Shown here piece after piece: positions 1-8,175 of a stretch of 64,000 bases of DNA. Origin of the DNA: a virus (lineage: Duplodnaviria; Caudoviricetes). Within the stretch, counting starts at the first letter, position 1; each line of letters opens with the position of its first letter. Made by a program: the position numbers and the translations under genes. The notes under the pieces are model-generated. The model ran no database searches. It saw nothing but the letters and a program-made list of their open reading frames with translations, and was not told the DNA's origin. The stretch lies in the IMG/VR virus record IMGVR_UViG_3300020577_010124, positions 1 to 64,000 of that record; one strand, written 5' to 3'.

Positions 1-2773
1 CGACGAAGGCGGAGCAGGAGGCGAAGGCTTTGCTCTACCTGAAGGTAACGAGCCAGCTAGCGTTCCTGTAGCAGCTATGGCACGCATTACTCCTGAGATG
101 ATTAAGAAGGCAACTTCTGACTTCAAGGAGAAGAATGCAACATGGTCCCTCGGAGCTATCTCTCCTTACACTGGCTCAACTGACGTAACGAAGTTAAGCA
201 GCAATAAGTTCCTATGCCTTGATACGGGTAGAACTTATGAAGTTCATGCAGCGGGCGTAAGTAGCAATGGTAAGAAGTCTGTATTTGCTGAATGGCGTTT
301 CGAGGCTATTCCTCTAACCGAAAGTTGCCCAAGCTGCCGTCGTAAGAAGGTTGCATTTGCGGGCGCTCTCAAGGCTCACGGACTAGCAGAAGACGTATTC
401 GATGCAATGCAGCTTGAAGAAAAGGGCAAGACCATTCTAGCTATGAAGGCTAAGGGATTGTTCAATAATGTCAAGACCGCATCGGCTACTCCATCTATAC
501 TTTCTGGTCTTAAGAAGACTGCTGGATTCGGAGATAAGTTCCCAATCGAAACTTGCCGAGCAAAGATTGCTCGTAAGTTCGGAGAGAACGCTCTTGCTAT
601 CAGCGGTCCATGCGAAGGCGAGAATCTAGCAGATTGCGTATGCAAGAAGCTTTCAACCGCTGGTGTTTACTCTAACAGCATTGCAATCAAGGTTGCGTCT
701 GTTTGGGCAAAAGAAGATCAGATGGTTGAATGCGTAGAAGATTTTGTACGTACTGGCCTAGCAATGAAGAAAGCATGCTTTGTTTGCGACCAAATCAAGG
801 CTAAGTATGCTCAGTTTGATGATAACCTAGCTGAAGAACTCGGTTCCCCAGCTAGTGATCCAATGGCTCCAACTCCTCAAGACGGCGGAGCGCCATCTCA
901 TGATCCAATGAGCGGCGGTCCTGAGTCTCATGACATTGATCCATTTGCTCAAGATGGCGGCGACCCAATGGCTGCCGATCCTCATGGCGCTGCTCCTACA
1001 GATCCAGCAGGCGAACCTCCTTCCCCAGCACCATCTCCAATGGGAGGCGGCATGGGTGGCGGAACAATATCAGTAGAACTTCCATTGGATGTTCTACAGC
1101 AGTTTGAAGGAGCTATTGACCAAGCTAAGGGTCAAGCTCCTGGCGCTCAAGCTCCTGGGCAATCTATGCCTGGCGCAGCGCCTTCGGCTCATGGCCTTGA
1201 CGGAGCAGGAATGGGCGGCGAGTCAGTAATAGAAATGCCAGCAGGCGCTTCTCAGCAACTAGATCAAGTAGCAGACCAAGCTCTTAATACAGCAGTTGAT
1301 GTTGTAGACGGAGTAGAGAACGTCGTAGACGACACTCTCGGACAGCCTTCGGGCGGCGAGGGAGAAGACATCGGCGGCGGTTCTAGCGAAGGCGGACTTC
1401 CTGGCGACATAGGTTCTGAAGGCGATTCAGCCCCAGAATCTGGCGAAACAGAAGTTGGTTCCGACTCTGGAAATCCATTTGGTGGCGACGAAGGTAAGGA
1501 CGAATCTTCCGAGGGTGGCGACGAGGGTTCTCATAAGGAACACTCTAACGAAGGACATTCGGAAGAAAATGGAGAAGAAAAGAAGGAATCTAAGCCTGAC
1601 TTCATGAATAAGGAAGGCGACGAGTCTGAAGAGGAACACGCAATGGCGCAAGCACAGTCAGCAACTAGAGCATTCAAGAGAGGAAAGATTTCCTCAACTG
1701 GCGAGATCAATCTTGATCTAAGCGGTGTAATGAGCGTTCTTGCTAAGCAAAACAAGCTTGCTTCTGAAGTAAGTGTTAAGAATGTCCAAGACGACAAAGA
1801 CATAGGCACGATTAGCGACGGTTCAACGATAGGCCATGAACAAAAGTTTGATGCGGCTGATCCTGATGTATTCACAGGCGATGCAACAATGGGCGGAGAG
1901 AAGGATGCTGGCTACGACAACGATAAGCCAAAGGCTTCTTTCAACTCAGGTGGAGCAGAGATGGGTCATGAAAAGGAACAAGGCTATACCGCCGAGAAGC
2001 AACATCAAATAACAGACAATCATCGATCAACGGCTGCTTCTAGCTCAACTAAGAGCCGCACGGCTGCCCTAGCAGATAGACTTGTTGCAAATGCTACAAA
2101 GACTGCTAGCGATAAGAAGCTAGAAAATGTCAAGCCTGTTCAAGAAGATGGCGATATAAAGCCATATGCAGCAAATAAAGATAACCCAAAGAGCGGTAAT
2201 CCTATTACTCCTCAAGAGTCTGCCGACATTGGCAAGATAGAAGCTGGCGACTCTAGCTTCATGGGTCACGAAAAAGAAACACTAACTAGCGTACCAAAAG
2301 AATCTAACTCTGCCCCAAGTATTCCTGCTGGCGGCGGAAAGAATCCTAAGTACGATACTAAGAATGACGCTGAAAAACAAACAGCACATAAGGGAACAGT
2401 AATCGCCCGTGGCGATGCTGAGTCTTCGGCGGCTCGTAAAGAGGCGGCTACAAGAATCGCAGGACGTAAACTCAAGGCTGGAATGATCGAAATAGGAAGC
2501 TTGTCTTCTGAAATCGAAAAACTATCTCGCTACGAGCAATCCGACTTGAAGGATATTGAAAACGCATTATTCGGAGCTTCCAAGAAAGGACTCGACACTG
2601 TTGCGAAGGGTTCGGAAAAGGCCTTGGTTATATCCGAAAAGAGCAATCAACGTAAAAATGCTCTAGAAGAATTGAAGGATTCTATTCAGGGAATGTTTAC
2701 TCTAAATAAGCAAGCAGACTCTGCGGACGATAACCCAATCACCGAAGTTCGTAGAACAAACAATCGTAGATAA
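1..2773 (+). CDS. Large acidic low-complexity head protein, probable scaffold/core protein (5' truncated by window)
   Basis: Frame is open from position 2 (DEGGAGGEG...) into the ORF-track ATG at 77. Pro/Gly/Glu-rich disordered middle, MGHEKE-type repeats, helical C-terminus; directly upstream of decoration and MCP genes. Confidence 0.55.
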   Translation, partial: DEGGAGGEGFALPEGNEPASVPVAAMARITPEMIKKATSDFKEKNATWSLGAISPYTGSTDVTKLSSNKFLCLDTGRTYEVHAAGVSSNGKKSVFAEWRFEAIPLTESCPSCRRKKVAFAGALKAHGLAEDVFDAMQLEEKGKTILAMKAKGLFNNVKTASATPSILSGLKKTAGFGDKFPIETCRAKIARKFGENALAISGPCEGENLADCVCKKLSTAGVYSNSIAIKVASVWAKEDQMVECVEDFVRTGLAMKKACFVCDQIKAKYAQFDDNLAEELGSPASDPMAPTPQDGGAPSHDPMSGGPESHDIDPFAQDGGDPMAADPHGAAPTDPAGEPPSPAPSPMGGGMGGGTISVELPLDVLQQFEGAIDQAKGQAPGAQAPGQSMPGAAPSAHGLDGAGMGGESVIEMPAGASQQLDQVADQALNTAVDVVDGVENVVDDTLGQPSGGEGEDIGGGSSEGGLPGDIGSEGDSAPESGETEVGSDSGNPFGGDEGKDESSEGGDEGSHKEHSNEGHSEENGEEKKESKPDFMNKEGDESEEEHAMAQAQSATRAFKRGKISSTGEINLDLSGVMSVLAKQNKLASEVSVKNVQDDKDIGTISDGSTIGHEQKFDAADPDVFTGDATMGGEKDAGYDNDKPKASFNSGGAEMGHEKEQGYTAEKQHQITDNHRSTAASSSTKSRTAALADRLVANATKTASDKKLENVKPVQEDGDIKPYAANKDNPKSGNPITPQESADIGKIEAGDSSFMGHEKETLTSVPKESNSAPSIPAGGGKNPKYDTKNDAEKQTAHKGTVIARGDAESSAARKEAATRIAGRKLKAGMIEIGSLSSEIEKLSRYEQSDLKDIENALFGASKKGLDTVAKGSEKALVISEKSNQRKNALEELKDSIQGMFTLNKQADSADDNPITEVRRTNNRR

Positions 2774-2806
2774 GAAACACAGATAACAGTTTAGGAGAAT
2801 TTTCAA

Positions 2807-3376
2807 ATGGCTCTAATCCCAAAGTATCATACAGCAGTTGCAATGTTCGCAATTGACCCAGCAGACATTACCTCCCTCAATGCGGGCGGTGCAGAATCTA
2901 CCTATGCCATCTATCAAGGAATGGTTGTAGGCTTGAATAGCTCAGGCTATGTCAAGAAAGCAAGCAACTCTCAGTTGCCACTTGGCCTCGCAGGCGACTC
3001 GCTCGCTGTTGCAGGCGGTCACATGCCTTATCAAGCTGACCTCATTATCAACCCAGCAGGCGGAAAGAAGTCTACTCAGAACCGCGTTTCTGATTACTTC
3101 AACGAAACCCTCGGTTCGGGTCTAATGAGCGTCTATATCGTCGGTGGAGAATTCTACACCGATATGTACGTCTCAGGTGCAGCCTTTGTCGTAGGTACCG
3201 CAGTCAAGGCATCTAACGCAACCCCAGGTAAAGTAGATATGTCTGGTTCTACCAGCATTGGTTACTGCACCACGGTTGTAGCAGGTTATCCAAGCGGCGT
3301 TCCTGGCGCAATCAACGCAGTTGATTACTCCATGCCTCTTGCAACCAGCTTCATGTCTTTCGTTTTGTCCGTCTAA
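2807..3376 (+). CDS. Putative capsid decoration/cement protein
   Basis: 189 aa, beta-rich (GMVVGLNSSGYV..PLGLAGD..GEFYTDMY), strong RBS (AGGAG), located between scaffold and MCP. Confidence 0.6.
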   Translation: MALIPKYHTAVAMFAIDPADITSLNAGGAESTYAIYQGMVVGLNSSGYVKKASNSQLPLGLAGDSLAVAGGHMPYQADLIINPAGGKKSTQNRVSDYFNETLGSGLMSVYIVGGEFYTDMYVSGAAFVVGTAVKASNATPGKVDMSGSTSIGYCTTVVAGYPSGVPGAINAVDYSMPLATSFMSFVLSV

Positions 3377-3481
3377 TACTTAGATGGATTGTCTTAGAAG
3401 ATAGTTTCTTCTAGGAAAAGGGAATTGTGATTCTAGGACTTATCAAGAAAGAGTATCTAGAGAACGATCAAGGAGATTCAA

Positions 3482-4384
3482 ATGGCATTTGTAAAGTCAA
3501 ACAACAACGAGCAGCAAGAGATGGTAATTGCTCAAGCGCTCGAAACTGACGAGGGCCGTACAGCACTCGCTCAGGCAATGGTCGAGCCAATCCGTCGCTC
3601 GCTCGAATATCAGGCTGTCGGTCGTAAGCTTCTAATGGTTGATGAGTTGCCTCAGGGCGCTCTTGCTCGTTACGAGCGCGACGTTGCGGCAATCGCATTC
3701 GTCGTCTCCCGTAGAGGCGCAGTACCTGACCAGATCCAAGAAGGCGATGAGATTCTCGTCCCAACTTGGGAGATCGCTGCTAACCCAACGATCCGTCTTA
3801 GCGAAATCAAGGCTCGTCGTTTCTACATCGTAGACCGCGCCCAGATCAAGGCTAAGGAAGCTATACAGAAGGAAGAGGACGAGCAGATTTTCTCTGCCCT
3901 AATCCAAGCCGCTGTACAGCGCGGTGATCAGAAGGTCACCGTCTCTGGTGGTGCGCTAACCCCAGCAAGTCTTAACACTGCATTCCGCGAAATTGAGCAG
4001 CACGATCTCGTCTGCACCAAGGTCGTAATGCATGCTAACCGCTATGCTGACGTTCGCTTCTTCAACGGCGGTGGTGGTTCTACTAACACTACTCGCTTCT
4101 ACGACGAAGCAACTACGAGAGAGATTCTTACAACTGGTCTTTACGGCCACTTGTGGACGGCTGACCTCCACGTAAGCTCTCGTATGGACCCTCAGTACGT
4201 TCTATGCGTTGCATCTCCTGATACAGTAGGTGCATTCCCAATCCGTCAGGACATCACTGTTCTACCAGCAGATGATCCTAAGAAACTACGTCTCGGTTGG
4301 GTTATCTACGAGGAAGTCGGCGTTGCCGTTATCAACGACTACGCAGTAAGCCTCATCCAAGTCTCTGGCGTTGGTACTACCTAA
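3482..4384 (+). CDS. Major capsid protein, HK97/encapsulin-like fold
   Basis: 300 aa, strong RBS (AAGGAG), biased codon usage, followed by a terminator. Pattern ALAQAMVEPIRRSL..RKLLMVDELPQGA..YERD..KEED..GWVIYEEVG is typical of large-phage MCPs. Confidence 0.85.
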   Translation: MAFVKSNNNEQQEMVIAQALETDEGRTALAQAMVEPIRRSLEYQAVGRKLLMVDELPQGALARYERDVAAIAFVVSRRGAVPDQIQEGDEILVPTWEIAANPTIRLSEIKARRFYIVDRAQIKAKEAIQKEEDEQIFSALIQAAVQRGDQKVTVSGGALTPASLNTAFREIEQHDLVCTKVVMHANRYADVRFFNGGGGSTNTTRFYDEATTREILTTGLYGHLWTADLHVSSRMDPQYVLCVASPDTVGAFPIRQDITVLPADDPKKLRLGWVIYEEVGVAVINDYAVSLIQVSGVGTT

Positions 4385-4428
4385 TCTTCTGATTCTACTA
4401 ATGGTATTTAGTCAGCCACAATGACTAG

Positions 4429-4461
4429 GAAGGGTTGTCCGAAAGGGCAACCCCTTCTTTT
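4429..4461 (+). terminator. Rho-independent terminator after MCP
   Basis: gaagggttgtcc-GAAA-gggcaaccccttc followed by tttt. Confidence 0.8.
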
Positions 4462-4472
4462 GACGATAATAT

Positions 4473-4546
4473 TGCGGAGTAGAGAAGTGGTCATCTCGCT
4501 AGCCTCATAAGCTGGAAATCGTGTGTTCGAATCACACCTCTCGCTA
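4473..4546 (+). tRNA. tRNA with CAT anticodon (Met, initiator-like features)
   Basis: Cloverleaf: D stem GAGA/TCTC, anticodon stem CTAGC/GCTGG with loop CTCATAA, T arm GTGTG-TTCGAAT-CACAC. Acceptor stem has one extra base; no encoded CCA. Confidence 0.9.
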
Positions 4547-4557
4547 CTAATACCCCT

Positions 4558-4609
4558 CCAAGGAGCGATCCTTGGCTCGACGCTCGCAGCAATGCGGGCG
4601 TTTATTTTT
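4558..4609 (+). terminator. Tandem GNRA hairpins / terminator after tRNA
   Basis: ccaagga-GCGA-tccttgg, then cgctcgca-GCAA-tgcgggcg-tttattttt. Confidence 0.7.
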
Positions 4610-4624
4610 GTCGATATTCAATTC

Positions 4625-6025
4625 ATGAAGTTTATCAACAAAACGAAGAACACAGTACAACTTGACGATATCAACCTTTCAATATCATATAACGATGGAT
4701 TGCCTCAAGAAATAGACACGCAATCAGTAAAGAAGAGTTTTGCTTTTCAAAACATGATATCTTTAGGCGGTTTCGAGGTTATTGAAGCCTCTGACGACCG
4801 ACTTGAAAAAAACTTATTCAAAACTAGTAAGAAGTACGAAAAGCCAGAAAAAGTTGAAATTAAAAGATTTGATAGTAGTGCGAACATAGAAACGATTGTT
4901 AGGGGTCATTTTTATGAATCTAGCGGCTATGCTAAGGTCAATCGTAATCTTGTTCTAAATCTTGCAAGACAGGGTATAGGAGTAGAAATAGATCCTATTT
5001 CAATGCGACACAACGATTTGAATGAAGTTGAAGCTCGCATGTTGTCTATGTTCAGAAAACCTATGGGAAAAGACGCTATACTTATTGATAGCGTTATTCC
5101 AACTCATTGCCAAGCAAATAGCCAGCCATACAAGATACTCTATACAACAGCAGAATCGGTTGAAGTTCCTAGACAGTTTATAGACTCAGCTAATCAATAC
5201 GACGAGCTATGGGTAACAAGTAGCTTTTCCAAGCAAGCATATGAAAGAAGCGGTTATGTAGGCAAAATATATTTAATGCCACCCATTATAAATAAATTCT
5301 TGTACAAGGAGCAAGTTGCGCCTTATGAGTTCCGTCCAAAGCTCTCTGGATTTGTCTTTACAAGCGTCATGACATGGGGATACAGAAAAGGCTCAGATGC
5401 CCTAATTAAAGCCTTTTCCAGAGCATTTTCAGACTCTGACGACGTAAGCCTTGTTCTGCTGGTTGCGGAGAGATCCAAAGCCAAGAGAGAGGCTATCAAA
5501 AAAGAAATTAATTACCTAACAAATTATAAATTATCTACACACAAAATTTTATTGTGCCATAAAAACGTTCCTGAATATCAGATGCCGTCCTTCTACAAGG
5601 CTTCCAATGTATTCGTTCTTCCTTCAAGGGGAGAGGGTTTTGGTATCCCGTTCTGCGAAGCTTCTCTTTGCGGTCTTCCAGTTATATCAACTCGGTATGG
5701 CGGGCAGATGGATTTTTTGAATGACGAAAACTCAACCTTGGTTGATATTGACACGATAGAGCGACCTAAAGACGGAGAGACAGGAATTCATTATTGGGAC
5801 AATCAGCCATTTCCTAGTTTGAAATCCGATAAGTTCATAGATAACCTGGCTGAATCCATGATTTTTGCGCGGAAAAACTACGAACTTATAAAGAGCAAAA
5901 ACGTTTTGCTTCAAAATGCTATAACTAGTCGCTTTAGCGGAGAGGTTGTAGGGAAGACGGCTAAGAGCATACTGGACATAGCTTGGAAAGGAATAAAAAA
6001 TGATAGTGTTTCTAAATCCAACTGA
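4625..6025 (+). CDS. GT-B glycosyltransferase (GT4-like) with extra N-terminal domain
   Basis: SGYAKVNR, DELWVTS, RKGSD, FVLPSRGEGFGIPFCEASLCGLPVIST motifs. Start moved to ATG 4625 because the ORF-track start overlaps the tRNA. Confidence 0.85.
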   Translation: MKFINKTKNTVQLDDINLSISYNDGLPQEIDTQSVKKSFAFQNMISLGGFEVIEASDDRLEKNLFKTSKKYEKPEKVEIKRFDSSANIETIVRGHFYESSGYAKVNRNLVLNLARQGIGVEIDPISMRHNDLNEVEARMLSMFRKPMGKDAILIDSVIPTHCQANSQPYKILYTTAESVEVPRQFIDSANQYDELWVTSSFSKQAYERSGYVGKIYLMPPIINKFLYKEQVAPYEFRPKLSGFVFTSVMTWGYRKGSDALIKAFSRAFSDSDDVSLVLLVAERSKAKREAIKKEINYLTNYKLSTHKILLCHKNVPEYQMPSFYKASNVFVLPSRGEGFGIPFCEASLCGLPVISTRYGGQMDFLNDENSTLVDIDTIERPKDGETGIHYWDNQPFPSLKSDKFIDNLAESMIFARKNYELIKSKNVLLQNAITSRFSGEVVGKTAKSILDIAWKGIKNDSVSKSN

Positions 6026-6608
6026 TAGAACAATAACAATTTGCGATAAAATCGTAACAGTATATTCTTGGTCGCAAACGAAAACTCTCAAATCTATTCT
6101 AAGCGGTAACAATGTAATTTATGTTACTGACGCTGTTGAGACTTCAGGAGAAGAGGTTCTGCAAGTCATACAAGAATCAATGACAGAAGACGACCTAGGC
6201 GATCAGACTATAGTAGCAAATGAACAGTTGTATTTTCATACAACTCAAAGCGGAGCAATGATGGTATCATATGCTAATAAGGTATATACCTTCAAGGGAG
6301 CGGGAGATTTAAGAAAGATACAAGACCTTCCAGAAGGCCTACTAGAAAACTGCTCATATGTTGTTGACGGAATGAAGAGCGGTTTGTTTGAGATCGTTGG
6401 AGAAGAAGAAAAGAATCAAATTCTAGAAGAAGTAAACGCAAAGAAGACAGATTTTCATAACAAGAAGAACAACATTCTTGTTGATAGCGGCGTTTCTGCT
6501 TCTGACGCAGCAGAAGGTAAGAAAGGTAAGTTTAGCGCTAAGGGTAGTGTTGACGACCCAATTGAGATTGATCTATCTCCTGGCGCTGGCTTCAAAAAAG
6601 GTTACTAA
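6000..6608 (+). CDS. Hypothetical protein (shares small domain with the 4625 and 50229 proteins)
   Basis: 202-aa ORF with RBS, overlapping the upstream stop. Confidence 0.6.
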   Translation: MIVFLNPTDRTITICDKIVTVYSWSQTKTLKSILSGNNVIYVTDAVETSGEEVLQVIQESMTEDDLGDQTIVANEQLYFHTTQSGAMMVSYANKVYTFKGAGDLRKIQDLPEGLLENCSYVVDGMKSGLFEIVGEEEKNQILEEVNAKKTDFHNKKNNILVDSGVSASDAAEGKKGKFSAKGSVDDPIEIDLSPGAGFKKGY

Positions 6609-7418
6609 ATGAAGATTGCAATACTGAATTTTGAACAACCTTGGCACGTACTTGCTTCTACAAGCCTTATTAGAGGCTTGAAGCATGCTTATCCGTCAGC
6701 CTCGATTTCATTCTTTGTAAGTCAAGAAAGTTTTCCGATTATTCAATTCAACAAGAGCGTTGAAGCCATAAGCGGTTATATATCCCCAAATATTGAAAAG
6801 TTTGATTTAGCCATCAATATGAGTCCCAGTCTTGAGGCTTGTAATTTTATGACAGAGATCCCCTCTGTTGATAAAAAGGGCTTTACTGAAAAACTAGGTT
6901 CTGTAACATCGCTTAATGCTGATGCTGATGAATATTTTTCTATCATGCATAATGGTAACAAAAGCGAGAGGCATGCGCTACAGGTTATTTTTAGACTTTG
7001 TGGCATGACATGGAAGGGCGAAGGGTATGACCTTGCATACTTTCCTAAGAATAAAACAAATAGAAAGAAGACGGGCATCGCCATATCTCACGATCCTCTT
7101 AGAACGTTTGTAAAAAACAACCTAAAGCTAGAAATGACAGATATTTGGCATGTTCCTATGAAGAAGAATCTTTTCAAGAGGATGGACGAGATAAATCGTT
7201 GCATGTATATACTGACGGATGATTTATTTACTCTTCATGCCTCTATCGCATTGAGGAAGAACGTTGAGTTCTTAGATGTTATAGGATTGAACACAAGGCT
7301 TGAGTTTTTTGGAAGAGGAAATTACTATAGGATATCAGATGGAGACTGGCGAGTTCAAATGGAAAAAGACGGAGTTGAAGAAAACCTACGATCGACCGAA
7401 GAAGCGTGTGACGTATGA
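6609..7418 (+). CDS. GT9 (heptosyltransferase-like) glycosyltransferase, divergent
   Basis: MKIAILNFEQPWHVLASTSLIRGLKHAYPSASISFFV and TDDLFTLHASIALRK resemble WaaC/WaaF N- and C-terminal motifs; the canonical GD is replaced by WH. Confidence 0.65.
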   Translation: MKIAILNFEQPWHVLASTSLIRGLKHAYPSASISFFVSQESFPIIQFNKSVEAISGYISPNIEKFDLAINMSPSLEACNFMTEIPSVDKKGFTEKLGSVTSLNADADEYFSIMHNGNKSERHALQVIFRLCGMTWKGEGYDLAYFPKNKTNRKKTGIAISHDPLRTFVKNNLKLEMTDIWHVPMKKNLFKRMDEINRCMYILTDDLFTLHASIALRKNVEFLDVIGLNTRLEFFGRGNYYRISDGDWRVQMEKDGVEENLRSTEEACDV

Positions 7419-8163
7419 GCCTTCAATGATGGGATTTCAGCCAATCTACGGAGATGGGAAATACGTAAGAGTTGCAATATTAGATAGTGGTTGTCCTATT
7501 CATAATGATATTAGTACAGATCCTCATAAGTGCGCAAATTTTACAACAAGCGGAAGTCTTTTTGATGTTTACGGACATTCAACTGCTATTGCAGGATTGA
7601 TAGCTTCCAAAAATCATAGTTTGCAAGGATTTGCCCCACTAACAGATTTATACTTTGGTAAGTGCTTGTTGGACTCAGATGGCAATGGAGAGTTCAACTC
7701 TGTTATACAATCAATCTTTTGGGCAATTGTTCGAGAAGTTGACATAATCGTTATGGCGTTTGGAACGACTAAAGAGAATCCAAACCTTCATGACGCTATA
7801 AAAAAAGCCAATCGGTGCGGTATAGCGATTTTTGCAGCAGCAGGCAACTATGCTACAAGAACAAGAGATGCTGATTTTCCTGCCCGATATGACGAGGTTT
7901 TTTCGGTAGGATATGCTAATAATATAACGAGTAATGAAGTTGTTCGAGTTGACGGTAAAGCTAGAGGTATCGTTCTTCCTCTACAAGAGTTTGAAACAAC
8001 ATTTGTCGATTCTAAATTTGCAACCATGAGCGGTAGTAGTATGCATACAGCAGCAGTTGCAGGAGTCGCAGTATTGGCATTTCAAAAATTAAGAAAGAAT
8101 GGAAGTAATATAAAGAACCCTCAACTATTGTATGACGAGATTGGTCGTCTTTCTCAAAAATAA
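7339..8163 (+). CDS. Subtilisin-like S8 serine protease
   Basis: VAILDSG (Asp), YGHSTAIAG (His), AAAGN (oxyanion Asn), SGSSMH (Ser). Likely start ATG 7339. Confidence 0.9.
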   Translation: METGEFKWKKTELKKTYDRPKKRVTYEPSMMGFQPIYGDGKYVRVAILDSGCPIHNDISTDPHKCANFTTSGSLFDVYGHSTAIAGLIASKNHSLQGFAPLTDLYFGKCLLDSDGNGEFNSVIQSIFWAIVREVDIIVMAFGTTKENPNLHDAIKKANRCGIAIFAAAGNYATRTRDADFPARYDEVFSVGYANNITSNEVVRVDGKARGIVLPLQEFETTFVDSKFATMSGSSMHTAAVAGVAVLAFQKLRKNGSNIKNPQLLYDEIGRLSQK

Positions 8164-8175
8164 CAGGAAGTCTTA

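Noticed and set aside
3482-4384. Cellular encapsulin operon or bacterial O-antigen/capsule locus
   Set aside because: Surrounded by scaffold, neck, tube, chaperone and tape measure genes; no flippase, polymerase, ABC exporter or priming transferase is present.
4523-4624. ORF-track N-terminal extension of the GT4
   Set aside because: It overlaps the tRNA and terminator hairpins; ATG 4625 is more plausible.
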